DNA of 64,000 nt, from the IMG/VR virus record IMGVR_UViG_2029527006_000005; one strand, 5' to 3'. Within the stretch, counting starts at the first letter, position 1; each line of letters starts with the position of its first letter. The DNA comes from a virus (Duplodnaviria > Heunggongvirae > Uroviricota > Caudoviricetes). The notes beneath the pieces were generated by a model. The model worked only from the letters and a program-made list of their open reading frames with translations. It had not been told where the DNA came from and did not search any database. Of this stretch, positions 37,057 to 45,652 are shown piece by piece. The translations under genes were made by a program, and so were the position numbers.

Positions 37057-37428
37057 TTAGGCATAGACTGATAGAATCCAAAGATCGACGTTAAATTCGC
37101 TTGCTCTACGACCGAAATATACTAATAGTATCCAGTCTACGCTATCGCGAATGTCGGGTGTTACCTTCTCTCTTAGATCTGAAAAACTAACAGTGTTAAG
37201 TAATTCAGTTTCCCATTCAGTGTCTGCCGCTTGATCAATTACGTACCCAAAGTAGTGTGCATCAGATAACTCATCATATATCATTTGAAAAGGTGAGTCA
37301 ACCTTATTGATCACATCGTAAACATGATTTATGTACTCTTCGGCATTTTCAAAACGACTTGTATCGAATTTACCAAAATCTACTTCAGTTCCATATAAAA
37401 TAAATGTTCTTGCCGTTACTTCACTCAT
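37057..37428 (-). CDS. acidic hypothetical protein
   Basis: Coupled ORF. Confidence 0.6.
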   Translation of the reverse strand: MSEVTARTFILYGTEVDFGKFDTSRFENAEEYINHVYDVINKVDSPFQMIYDELSDAHYFGYVIDQAADTEWETELLNTVSFSDLREKVTPDIRDSVDWILLVYFGRRASEFNVDLWILSVYA

Positions 37429-38186
37429 AAATCCATCCTCAATAAAATAATATCTTTCAATTTAGGGATGGCCTCTGACGCTGGCTTGTAAATTTTCTCG
37501 CTAAACATCCAATCATTATCTGACTTTCGTATGTTAACATTGTATGTATAAGCAGGTGACGCACCAGCCATCGAAGACCACTGGATCACTGTGTCGGAGG
37601 AACCCACTACCACAACGGTATCTTGATCTGTCAGGGATGCAAGTACTTTGTTGCGATCTTCGTATAATGGTACACGCTCACCATATACGTAACGTTCTGA
37701 TTCCCCAAACATAACAACATTTGGTTTCGCATACACCCCTTCTTTCGGTATATAGGCTTCATAACCTAAGTACTCAATGTTAAAAGAGTTATCTGCTAGT
37801 GAATAGTTCTCTATTACTTCTAAAAGATCACCATGTAAGTGCATAGCGGTTCCACCTGCACGTTCATATAGATCATCGACGTTAGTCGTCATGTGTAAAA
37901 AAAGATCATCCCCGTATTGTTTTTCTAATTCAGCAATCACGTGATGAGCGGCGTTAGGTACTTTTTCTTTTAGGTTTACTCTCAAGGTATTGTAAAATGC
38001 GTGTACTTTGTGATAGTAAGCTGAAAGATTCGCGATGTTACATACGTGGTTTACGTTAGTATTTTCCCAGAGTGCGTCTTCGTCAAATCTGAAAGTACTG
38101 ATCCCTGATTCTGCTGAGAGACCTGCACCTGATATAACTAACAGTCTGCGTTTACCTTTGTTTGCCAAGAACTTATCCAAATCCAT
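37425..38186 (-). CDS. Sir2/CobB-family NAD-dependent deacylase
   Basis: SGAGLSAESGISTFR, TNVDDLYERAG, HLHG, KPNVVMFGE, VGSS; no Zn cysteines. Confidence 0.9.
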   Translation of the reverse strand: MDLDKFLANKGKRRLLVISGAGLSAESGISTFRFDEDALWENTNVNHVCNIANLSAYYHKVHAFYNTLRVNLKEKVPNAAHHVIAELEKQYGDDLFLHMTTNVDDLYERAGGTAMHLHGDLLEVIENYSLADNSFNIEYLGYEAYIPKEGVYAKPNVVMFGESERYVYGERVPLYEDRNKVLASLTDQDTVVVVGSSDTVIQWSSMAGASPAYTYNVNIRKSDNDWMFSEKIYKPASEAIPKLKDIILLRMDL

Positions 38187-38194
38187 CCTTCACC

Positions 38195-38641
38195 TCACTT
38201 AGTTTTACCTGAGTATTCCTTTCCAAATTTAAGAGTTTCTGGTAGTGCTCCAAGTTTATGTACTAGATCTATAATGTCTTCATCCGTATCTTCCGGTTGG
38301 TACACTACACTCATGTGACATTTGAAACTAGGGTGCTTATGATCAAAGCCAGCCTTCTTCAACTCTTTGTGTCTTTTTTCGATCTCTGGGGATTTCAAGA
38401 TCAAAGCAATTGCTTCGTATTTTGATCCCTTCTTACCTAATCGCTCAACTCCTACGATCTTCGCACTGTACGACTTAGTATTCACTGGAAGATCGATCTC
38501 TGGATCTGACTCATCGTATACTAAGGTAACATGAAATTTCGTTGGTGTCAAGCATTTTATTCCAGCAGTTTTAAAAACTTTTTGGATTTCTTTTCCTTGT
38601 TGCAAATCTAACTGAAGTGCAACGAATCCTTTCCCTGCCAT
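38195..38641 (-). CDS. 2H phosphoesterase, Acb1/T4 gp57B-like
   Basis: Two HxT/S motifs (FHVTLVY, CHMSVVY); ~150 aa; late promoter upstream. Confidence 0.75.
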   Translation of the reverse strand: MAGKGFVALQLDLQQGKEIQKVFKTAGIKCLTPTKFHVTLVYDESDPEIDLPVNTKSYSAKIVGVERLGKKGSKYEAIALILKSPEIEKRHKELKKAGFDHKHPSFKCHMSVVYQPEDTDEDIIDLVHKLGALPETLKFGKEYSGKTK

Positions 38642-38674
38642 TTTTTATCCTTTTGGGTAGTTAATATACTGTAT

Positions 38675-39085
38675 TTACGTATATAATTTAACTCCACCCC
38701 GGTACATATAGACTCCCTTATCAGTAATTACATGAATGTACTTAACTGATGAATTTGGAACTGGAACGGAAAAGACGTAGTACAAATAACAACAGCGTTT
38801 AAATTCTTCCATCATATCGTTGGTTACAATCTCAACCTTCTTGTAACGCATTGAGAGAATTAATAAAGACCGTTCAAATGATGTTGTTTGTGAAACACCC
38901 CAACACATATCATTTTGTGCATAATGTTCTTTGGTGCACAAAAATTTTACAATGTCAGGGTTTTGTTCAACTAATACACGCATCTCGTGTGTAAGTTGTA
39001 CAAACTCACTAATACTTTTAGTCCGTTCATACACCATCTTTAAGTAATGGTGTATTCTTAGGTTATTAGTATGTGAAGATATCAT
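38675..39085 (-). CDS. hypothetical protein
   Basis: ORF in operon. Confidence 0.5.
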   Translation of the reverse strand: MISSHTNNLRIHHYLKMVYERTKSISEFVQLTHEMRVLVEQNPDIVKFLCTKEHYAQNDMCWGVSQTTSFERSLLILSMRYKKVEIVTNDMMEEFKRCCYLYYVFSVPVPNSSVKYIHVITDKGVYMYRGGVKLYT

Positions 39086-39659
39086 ATTCAGAACTTACGC
39101 TAGTTACATTAGTACTAACAATTTTGAAGATATCAGTTACACGGTCAACCATCCCAAGATTACCTTCTTTATTTGCAATATGGAATGCTTGCATTGCTGC
39201 GATTGCATGATAAGTACCACTACCCACAGATGTAATTTGAGTTTTAGGTTGTAGTACTGAGAAGTCTTCTTGAACTTCGTAAATCACATGGTCGTGGAGA
39301 ATAATAAACTGACCACCACCAACGTCTTGTGTATTGTCACGTGAACCCCATTCATCTTTGAATAGTTTGCGAATCTCTGGAATTACTTGATGCACTAGAT
39401 ACTGAGTAACAGTAGTACCTTTCTCTTGAACTGGTAGTTCTAGTTTATGGTCAAGAAGCTGTAGCATACGGAACGAAGTGGTTCCACCTAATGCTAGAGT
39501 ATGTTCTTCACGTTGTACACCATCTTCAAGTACTTTGATGAATTTCTTCTCAAAGATTTTAGGTTCAACCATCACTGACTTGGTAAAACCATTAGAGCCT
39601 AATTTATCACCTGCAATGAAAGATGATTCCCCGTTAGTATAAGCGATAATACAAGTCAT
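39066..39659 (-). CDS. Ntn-hydrolase, HslV/proteasome-beta-like protease
   Basis: M-T-CIIA N-terminal Thr, AGD, K, VGSG motifs. Confidence 0.65.
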   Translation of the reverse strand: MTCIIAYTNGESSFIAGDKLGSNGFTKSVMVEPKIFEKKFIKVLEDGVQREEHTLALGGTTSFRMLQLLDHKLELPVQEKGTTVTQYLVHQVIPEIRKLFKDEWGSRDNTQDVGGGQFIILHDHVIYEVQEDFSVLQPKTQITSVGSGTYHAIAAMQAFHIANKEGNLGMVDRVTDIFKIVSTNVTSVSSEYDIFTY

Positions 39660-39671
39660 TTACATTCCTTA

Positions 39672-39953
39672 TTAGTTTTGATAAACAAACATCATTAGAA
39701 TAATCGGCGTACATGCAAGTACAACCCAGAATATACCAATAACCGTTGTCTTGAATACTGCACCACTTGTACCGGGATGTGGGCTTTGCCAAAATCTCCA
39801 GTACACACTTTGTATACGGTCTTTAATTGACCAACCTTTGTAATGCTTGTTGAATAAAATAGGCAGAAAAGCAACGACTGTGCAAACAAAAAAGAATACA
39901 AACAGTCCGAAAATCTTTTCTAACGCTAGCAGTACTTCCATAATGGTTTCCAT
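39672..39953 (-). CDS. small membrane protein
   Basis: Two TM segments. Confidence 0.6.
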   Translation of the reverse strand: METIMEVLLALEKIFGLFVFFFVCTVVAFLPILFNKHYKGWSIKDRIQSVYWRFWQSPHPGTSGAVFKTTVIGIFWVVLACTPIILMMFVYQN

Positions 39954-39957
39954 ATTC

Positions 39958-40197
39958 TTATCCCATGTAGTGTTTGATAACTACTGGAATAGCTACTAAA
40001 CCAACCATCCACGCAAGATAACCTAAACAATGAAGTACTTGATAGACGCGAAGTTTAAAAGTACTTTTATTTTCATGTTTAGCCCAACCGATTAAACAGT
40101 TAGTTTCACTGTGGGCTATTCCGTTGAATACCAGCAGGAATGGACCCACACCGAACCACCAAACAACCATGAAAAATGCTGCAATTGCTGTTGCCAT
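39958..40197 (-). CDS. small membrane protein
   Basis: Two TM segments. Confidence 0.6.
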   Translation of the reverse strand: MATAIAAFFMVVWWFGVGPFLLVFNGIAHSETNCLIGWAKHENKSTFKLRVYQVLHCLGYLAWMVGLVAIPVVIKHYMG

Positions 40198-40224
40198 AAT
40201 TAAACCCTCTGTATAATTGAGAGT

Positions 40225-40722
40225 CTAGTATAATGCCTGTTTGGTGGGAATGCAAGATAAATCTTCAATAATTTTTAGTTCATATTCGAATTCATATTTT
40301 TTACGAATTGAGCCATCCTGTACGATAAGGTGCGTTATACCGTTATGTACATAACAGTCAGTGATGTAGCACTGATGAAGAGGGAATATGTTTGTTTTAA
40401 CATACATCCAAACTTCACCAATCTTAAAGTACACATCATCTTCATTGCGTTCGTAATCAGTAACTATACCACGTGGTATTGGGAATTTCGATTCCATGAC
40501 AATTTGATCATTTAGTAGTTCATACATTTGCATATATGCATGATTACGTTCTTCAGTACTAGAAGCAGTACGTTGAATGTAATTGTAATGTTCGTTGATA
40601 CGATACAATGTATGACCTAGTAGAAGTGGTTGACTCATAGCATTGCTACCGGACCGAGAATGTAGATTGCAATTAGACATGCAAACAATACAAATAGGAA
40701 ACTTTTGAATTCCATAAACCAC
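40225..40722 (-). CDS. hypothetical protein (true start likely MSQPLL near 40638)
   Basis: ATGA overlap with upstream gene. Confidence 0.55.
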   Translation of the reverse strand: MVYGIQKFPICIVCMSNCNLHSRSGSNAMSQPLLLGHTLYRINEHYNYIQRTASSTEERNHAYMQMYELLNDQIVMESKFPIPRGIVTDYERNEDDVYFKIGEVWMYVKTNIFPLHQCYITDCYVHNGITHLIVQDGSIRKKYEFEYELKIIEDLSCIPTKQALY

Positions 40723-40886
40723 GCTTTGAAACGGAATTTACGAGTATGAGTTTCGTTATCAACTGTGTACCAACCACGAGTAGTTGCTTTAACAATAACG
40801 TATGCAGAACCCGTTGACAAAATGTACATAATAGCTAGCATTACATATTCCATAATTACCCTCCAAAAATTAGTAATCTTCCCCAT
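40635..40886 (-). CDS. small membrane protein
   Basis: Two TM; ATTRGW..WFMEFKS shared with 41777-41986. Confidence 0.6.
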   Translation of the reverse strand: MGKITNFWRVIMEYVMLAIMYILSTGSAYVIVKATTRGWYTVDNETHTRKFRFKAWFMEFKSFLFVLFACLIAIYILGPVAML

Positions 40887-41541
40887 ATGGGAATTCGTAG
40901 TGAGAGATTAGTTTGTTCTGATAGCTAACAATGGAAATATACTCCCCATCTTCATCTTCAAAAAGACGGAATTCAATCTCGCCCCATTTTTGCTTCTTAG
41001 TGCGTTTAGCTTTTTTACCATAAGTGTCTTGGATGAACTTCTTGCAATCTGCTGTACTTTTAACATCGATTGCATCTGGTGCAGTAAGAGACTTACCTAG
41101 TAAAGTACTGAAGAAATCTTCAATTTCTTTTACACGAGCACGTACTGTTAATTCTGGGAAATGTTCATCGTGGTCAGTATAAATCAATTCACTGTAACTT
41201 TCCATACAACGCCAATCAACAAGACCCAAATCGGACAACTCTTTCCAGTGAATTTGAGTAATATACTCGATTAGTGATTGATCGTCAAGGTATCCTTCAT
41301 CAGTTTTTAAACCAAATGGGAACCCACTAAACTCTTCTGGATCACGGCGACCTAATACAATTGATGGTGCAGAAGGAATATTTTCTGAATCACTTTCATA
41401 TTCTTCTTTATCATCTGGATCATTGAGGTCATATTCATTCAACTCAATAATACCTTTAAGTACTTGATCGTGTACCCATTTTGAATCATATAGTGGTAGT
41501 ACATAACTATCTAGTTTAGATTTTAGTTCAGAAAATAACAT
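40870..41541 (-). CDS. acidic hypothetical protein
   Basis: AGGAG RBS, 223 aa. Confidence 0.65.
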   Translation of the reverse strand: MLFSELKSKLDSYVLPLYDSKWVHDQVLKGIIELNEYDLNDPDDKEEYESDSENIPSAPSIVLGRRDPEEFSGFPFGLKTDEGYLDDQSLIEYITQIHWKELSDLGLVDWRCMESYSELIYTDHDEHFPELTVRARVKEIEDFFSTLLGKSLTAPDAIDVKSTADCKKFIQDTYGKKAKRTKKQKWGEIEFRLFEDEDGEYISIVSYQNKLISHYEFPYGEDY

Positions 41542-41549
41542 ATAAACTC

Positions 41550-41831
41550 CTAGAGTATTAGTTTAAAGATTATTGTTGGTATTCCGATGTATGACAACAC
41601 ACCAACACCTATCATACCAGCAGAAAGAATAATTCGAACAATAAATGGAACATTTGGACCACCCATTGCAGATACAACCGCCATTGCTAATATGGCTAGA
41701 ACTGGAGTTATTAAAGCACACACAGCTATAGATAATATGGTACAAAGAACAACTAATGCTATTGTCATATAAACTCCTATGGAATTAATGCAAAAAATGA
41801 AACAACATAAATGAAAATTACAAAACCCCAA
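41550..41831 (-). CDS. small membrane protein (true start likely MTIALVV near 41768)
   Basis: Hydrophobic; paralogue of 41998-42225. Confidence 0.55.
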   Translation of the reverse strand: MGFCNFHLCCFIFCINSIGVYMTIALVVLCTILSIAVCALITPVLAILAMAVVSAMGGPNVPFIVRIILSAGMIGVGVLSYIGIPTIIFKLIL

Positions 41832-41986
41832 ACTGTGTATAGAACAGATTTGTACTCATCAAACCAACCACTCCAATCAATCTTTCCGTTTCTACTCCAT
41901 CCAATTGTTGTTGCCATAGTAATACAGTATGCCACTAGTCCTACAAACACAAAGATGATTGATAAAAACAAAACACTCCAAAACAT
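41777..41986 (-). CDS. small membrane protein
   Basis: Two TM; ATTIGW..WFDEYKS. Confidence 0.6.
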   Translation of the reverse strand: MFWSVLFLSIIFVFVGLVAYCITMATTIGWSRNGKIDWSGWFDEYKSVLYTVWGFVIFIYVVSFFALIP

Positions 41987-41997
41987 ATTCTGTACTC

Positions 41998-42225
41998 CTA
42001 AAGTATTAAGAAAAATATAAGTACTGGAACTGCAATGTACGCAACTAGTAAAATACCAATATAACCTGCAACCATGAAGTATTTTTCTTTATTGGTAAGG
42101 CCGGGTGCACCACCTGCCATTATGAATGGCATTAGTGCCATTGACACGAACGGTGCACTTACTATACACCACACAATTGTTAATACTATACCTAAAATTA
42201 TTGATAAAATCATAATCCACCTCAC
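41998..42225 (-). CDS. small membrane protein
   Basis: Hydrophobic; MAGGAP..YIAVP. Confidence 0.6.
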   Translation of the reverse strand: MRWIMILSIILGIVLTIVWCIVSAPFVSMALMPFIMAGGAPGLTNKEKYFMVAGYIGILLVAYIAVPVLIFFLIL

Positions 42226-42227
42226 TT

Positions 42228-42252
42228 AAAAATGGGGAGGTCATGCCTCCCC
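42228..42252 (-). terminator. intrinsic terminator
   Basis: GGGGAGG-loop-CCTCCCC followed by ATTTTT. Confidence 0.7.
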
Positions 42253-42262
42253 TAAAAACTAA

Positions 42263-43741
42263 TTACAAACCTTTGTTAGCACGTTCACGTACTTCATCAA
42301 AAGAACTTAGGTTCATAATTTTACCATCCACATACACATCAACCATCATATCTTCTAGTTGTTTGTTCACGTCCTGTAGCTCAATGCGTTCAGCAATGAT
42401 TTTACCAGTAACTTTACATTTGTATGTGGTTACGCGACCACGTAGGCTACGTTTACCAACATCAGTAATTGGGTCTTTGAATAGGTCTTCCCAAGTACCG
42501 TCTTCTAGTTGTTGTGCAGAACCTTTCATTGCAAAGCTATAAGTATCGCGACCTTTCGGTGGGTGTACTAGCTTACCACCCATACCAAACACAATGTTCT
42601 CTAGAGATAGGTTGTGTTTTTCTAGGTTAGCAACGATTGCACGGATAGAATCTTCTTCAATACCATCACCTTGAATCACTCCAATGTAAGATGGTAGTAC
42701 ACGCATACCTTTAGCATTTAGGGTAGTACCGAACTTGTCAGCTAGAATCTCTAGGATTTCAATTGGCATAGTTTCTGGATTACCACTATCTGGACGGGCA
42801 ACAATTTTTGCACCCGGACATTTCGCAGCGATTTCTTGAATCATTGCTTTTAGGCGTGTTCCGAGATATTCACGTACAAAGCGATATGCGTCATAAGTAT
42901 CGATTACAATAGATACGATTGGTGGAACACCAACAGAACCTTTAGCAATGTAATCATCACACATTTTCTCCCAAATACGCACCATTTTTAGTGCCATATT
43001 GAAGTCATCGCGTTTGTCTGCGTCAGAGTTGGAACAGGTTGCACTGTGCTCAGTAGCCATCACACTGCTTAGGTAATTCGTTTGTGTGTGATAGTAGTGT
43101 TTGATATAACGGTTTGCCAATAGGCAATCGGAGCCGTTGAATACCACTGCGTGAGCAATACCTGCTAGAATTGCTGATTCGTAGCTAGATGCACTACGAT
43201 CACCAAAGTTGTGTAGATGATAATCTACAAAGCGATGACCAGCATGACGTTCCATAGTATCTCCGAGGAACTCTTTGATACTACGGGCGTTTGAAGCAAC
43301 AGTAGTACTGAATTGGATAGCACGTTGAAGTTGTGTTTCAATGTAGCTAGCAATTACTTTTACTGCTGGATCAGTACTCATAGAACGTACAAGTGGCATA
43401 CCTACTGGTACTACAGTACCTTCAGGAATCGCACGGATGTGCAAAGGAATACGACCATCATGTTTATGAAGAATGTGTTCCCAGAATGCACGGTCGAAAT
43501 AATCCCCGCGAGATGCGGTTTCAGCTTCGGCTTCATCAATGTCATCCATCGTAATCTGAATATCGAGATATTCTTGTAGATAGACTTGTAGACCCATCAT
43601 TACTACGTGAGTAGTGTATGGTGTTGGCTTACGTGCAATGATGTTGGATTCAAGAGCAATTACGCCATCTTTCATCATCATGCCGTGTGCAGTTTTGTAT
43701 GAGTCTACGTTTAGGATAAAGTTAACTTTTAGATTTTTCAT
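42263..43741 (-). CDS. nadV: nicotinamide phosphoribosyltransferase (Nampt)
   Basis: DSYK, HNFGDR, ATEHS, VIDTYD, RPDSG, IQGDG, FGMGG. Confidence 0.93.
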   Translation of the reverse strand: MKNLKVNFILNVDSYKTAHGMMMKDGVIALESNIIARKPTPYTTHVVMMGLQVYLQEYLDIQITMDDIDEAEAETASRGDYFDRAFWEHILHKHDGRIPLHIRAIPEGTVVPVGMPLVRSMSTDPAVKVIASYIETQLQRAIQFSTTVASNARSIKEFLGDTMERHAGHRFVDYHLHNFGDRSASSYESAILAGIAHAVVFNGSDCLLANRYIKHYYHTQTNYLSSVMATEHSATCSNSDADKRDDFNMALKMVRIWEKMCDDYIAKGSVGVPPIVSIVIDTYDAYRFVREYLGTRLKAMIQEIAAKCPGAKIVARPDSGNPETMPIEILEILADKFGTTLNAKGMRVLPSYIGVIQGDGIEEDSIRAIVANLEKHNLSLENIVFGMGGKLVHPPKGRDTYSFAMKGSAQQLEDGTWEDLFKDPITDVGKRSLRGRVTTYKCKVTGKIIAERIELQDVNKQLEDMMVDVYVDGKIMNLSSFDEVRERANKGL

Positions 43742-43786
43742 TTTTAATACCTCTTCGGAAGTTGTTAAGAAAAGCTACATCACTTT

Positions 43787-44329
43787 TCAGATTATTAGTG
43801 AGTAAGGAATTTTATAGTCCACATTAAGATCAGCAAACATATTAGGATTTGGTGGAAATAATGCGTCCATTTTAAACTTCTGATTACTCTTTGCTATCTC
43901 TTCTATTGTATATTCCCCTTTTGATAGCTCATTGTCTATCTCATAGTAAGGAACTTCACCAATAACAGAAATATAGGTTGAGAACAATTCAGTACTGACA
44001 AGTAGTTTACTAGAAGAACAGGCAGCATACCTGTAAGCCCAAAACCCTTTTTCACCATCTTTGTACTCAAAATTTTTATCAACTACGTCTGAACTGAATG
44101 GGTTGTTTGTACTGCACCAATACCGGACAACCATAGTTGCATGTTGCCATTCATTTGCATTACGGATATGCCTAGCAGCCGCAAATATCAACGAATTTAT
44201 TTCACACAGTCTAACATGTTCTGGCAAAATGTCAAGAAATTTACAATTCGTCGTGTCATATTTGCTATGCAAGTGACCTTGCATAGCCATGATATCAGAA
44301 TATACGTCTTGTGTTAGACAATATAACAT
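43787..44329 (-). CDS. hypothetical protein between NadM-Nudix and Nampt
   Basis: TAATG-coupled to the upstream gene. Confidence 0.6.
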   Translation of the reverse strand: MLYCLTQDVYSDIMAMQGHLHSKYDTTNCKFLDILPEHVRLCEINSLIFAAARHIRNANEWQHATMVVRYWCSTNNPFSSDVVDKNFEYKDGEKGFWAYRYAACSSSKLLVSTELFSTYISVIGEVPYYEIDNELSKGEYTIEEIAKSNQKFKMDALFPPNPNMFADLNVDYKIPYSLII

Positions 44330-45447
44330 TATAGAATTCCGAGGAAAGTATCAATAATGCTTAGATGATCTTCAAAGAACATCTCACGATTGTTTGCAAT
44401 CTCAGAAAGTGGAACCCAGAATGCTTTCTCTGCATCATCACTACCTTTTACTTTAGGTAGTTTTGCACCAGCTAGCTTGATATAAGCACACTTGGTGATG
44501 ATACGCCAGCGTAGGGAACGTTCGAAGTCACCGAACTCTTCAACTTTCTCAATAGAACCTTTTAGTTCTTTATAACGAACATCAATCTTAGTTTCTTCTT
44601 TTAGTTCACGCAATGCTGTATCGACCTGTGTTTGGTCTTCCCATGCGTCAAAGAATCCACCGGGTAACGCCCATAATCCTTTACCGGGATAGGTGCGACG
44701 TTTTACTAGTAGGACGTGACCAGCACATACTACTAACGCATCACCCGTTAGGAATGGAATGTTAGTGTACGGTAGTTGCTCATTCATCTGTTTACGATAA
44801 CGTACAACAAAGTCGTGTTCATTTACTAGATTGTTTAGTACTTCAGGTTTATTCACGACGAACTTCTCAAGGAATTCTTGAGTTTCGGCGGGAAGACCAG
44901 AAGGTACTTGTTTAGTACTGAAGAACTGATTACGCAATGCAGTGCTGCTGAATGCTGGTGTAGGATTAACTTTAGAATCCTGTTCACGATATTCTGCTGG
45001 TACTGCTGGGTTAACAGTTAGTACTTCTTCGATAAAATCTTGTTTCCAGTGCGGGAAGAAGTCGAGATAGAAAGTACTTGCATCACCTTCTTTACGACAA
45101 CCAGTAAGTACAATGTCAGTACTGTTGCTAACTGAAGCAACTTGATTTTGAACTTCTTTTAGCCACTTGGTATTGTTGTAAGTGTAATCGTGCACTGGAA
45201 GAATATTAATCTTCACAGAACGACCTTTTGACCACTCTTCGGATGCAATACGTTGTGCCATCGCTTCTAGTACTGTTTTGCGTTCGTCAAAGGTGAACGG
45301 GTTTTTTGGGTCACGAGCTAGTTCGGAAGAACCAACTAGTAGGACAACGCGATCAGCTTTTTCGATTGCATTTTTAAGTACTTCTTCATGACCACGATGT
45401 GTCATTTGGAAACGACCGATATAAACATAAACTTTTTCTTTACTCAT
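44329..45447 (-). CDS. nadM: bifunctional NMN adenylyltransferase / ADP-ribose pyrophosphatase (NadM-Nudix)
   Basis: IGRFQ..HRGH, SSTALR; Nudix box PGG...ALRELKEET, SDDA, FEDH. Confidence 0.93.
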   Translation of the reverse strand: MSKEKVYVYIGRFQMTHRGHEEVLKNAIEKADRVVLLVGSSELARDPKNPFTFDERKTVLEAMAQRIASEEWSKGRSVKINILPVHDYTYNNTKWLKEVQNQVASVSNSTDIVLTGCRKEGDASTFYLDFFPHWKQDFIEEVLTVNPAVPAEYREQDSKVNPTPAFSSTALRNQFFSTKQVPSGLPAETQEFLEKFVVNKPEVLNNLVNEHDFVVRYRKQMNEQLPYTNIPFLTGDALVVCAGHVLLVKRRTYPGKGLWALPGGFFDAWEDQTQVDTALRELKEETKIDVRYKELKGSIEKVEEFGDFERSLRWRIITKCAYIKLAGAKLPKVKGSDDAEKAFWVPLSEIANNREMFFEDHLSIIDTFLGIL

Positions 45448-45502
45448 TCTAAGTACTCCTTAGTTATTTTTTAACACCGCCTACATCAGCGGCTACATTC
45501 TT

Positions 45503-45531
45503 ATTATATCACATGATTTTTGGTTTGTCCC
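45503..45531 (-). promoter_or_regulatory. promoter GGGACA-N12-TGTGA-TATAAT
   Basis: Motif repeated four times; upstream of the NAD operon. Confidence 0.8.
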
Positions 45532-45568
45532 TAAGTTTTTATGGGCGTTTATCCGTGATATGTCGTCT

Positions 45569-45596
45569 ATTATACGGTTTTTCTTGGGTATGTCAA
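45569..45596 (-). promoter_or_regulatory. sigma70 promoter
   Basis: TTGACA-16-TATAAT, in tandem with the GGGACA promoter. Confidence 0.7.
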
Positions 45597-45652
45597 CGTT
45601 TTTTTTGGTAAATAATGTAAAGTACTTTTATAATTTTACAGGAGATATTCAA

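Noticed and set aside
55-45204. Many short antisense or off-frame ORFs in the track (e.g. 125-433, 34415-34816, 23736-23993, 17592-17870)
   Set aside because: Shadows of longer, motif-bearing genes
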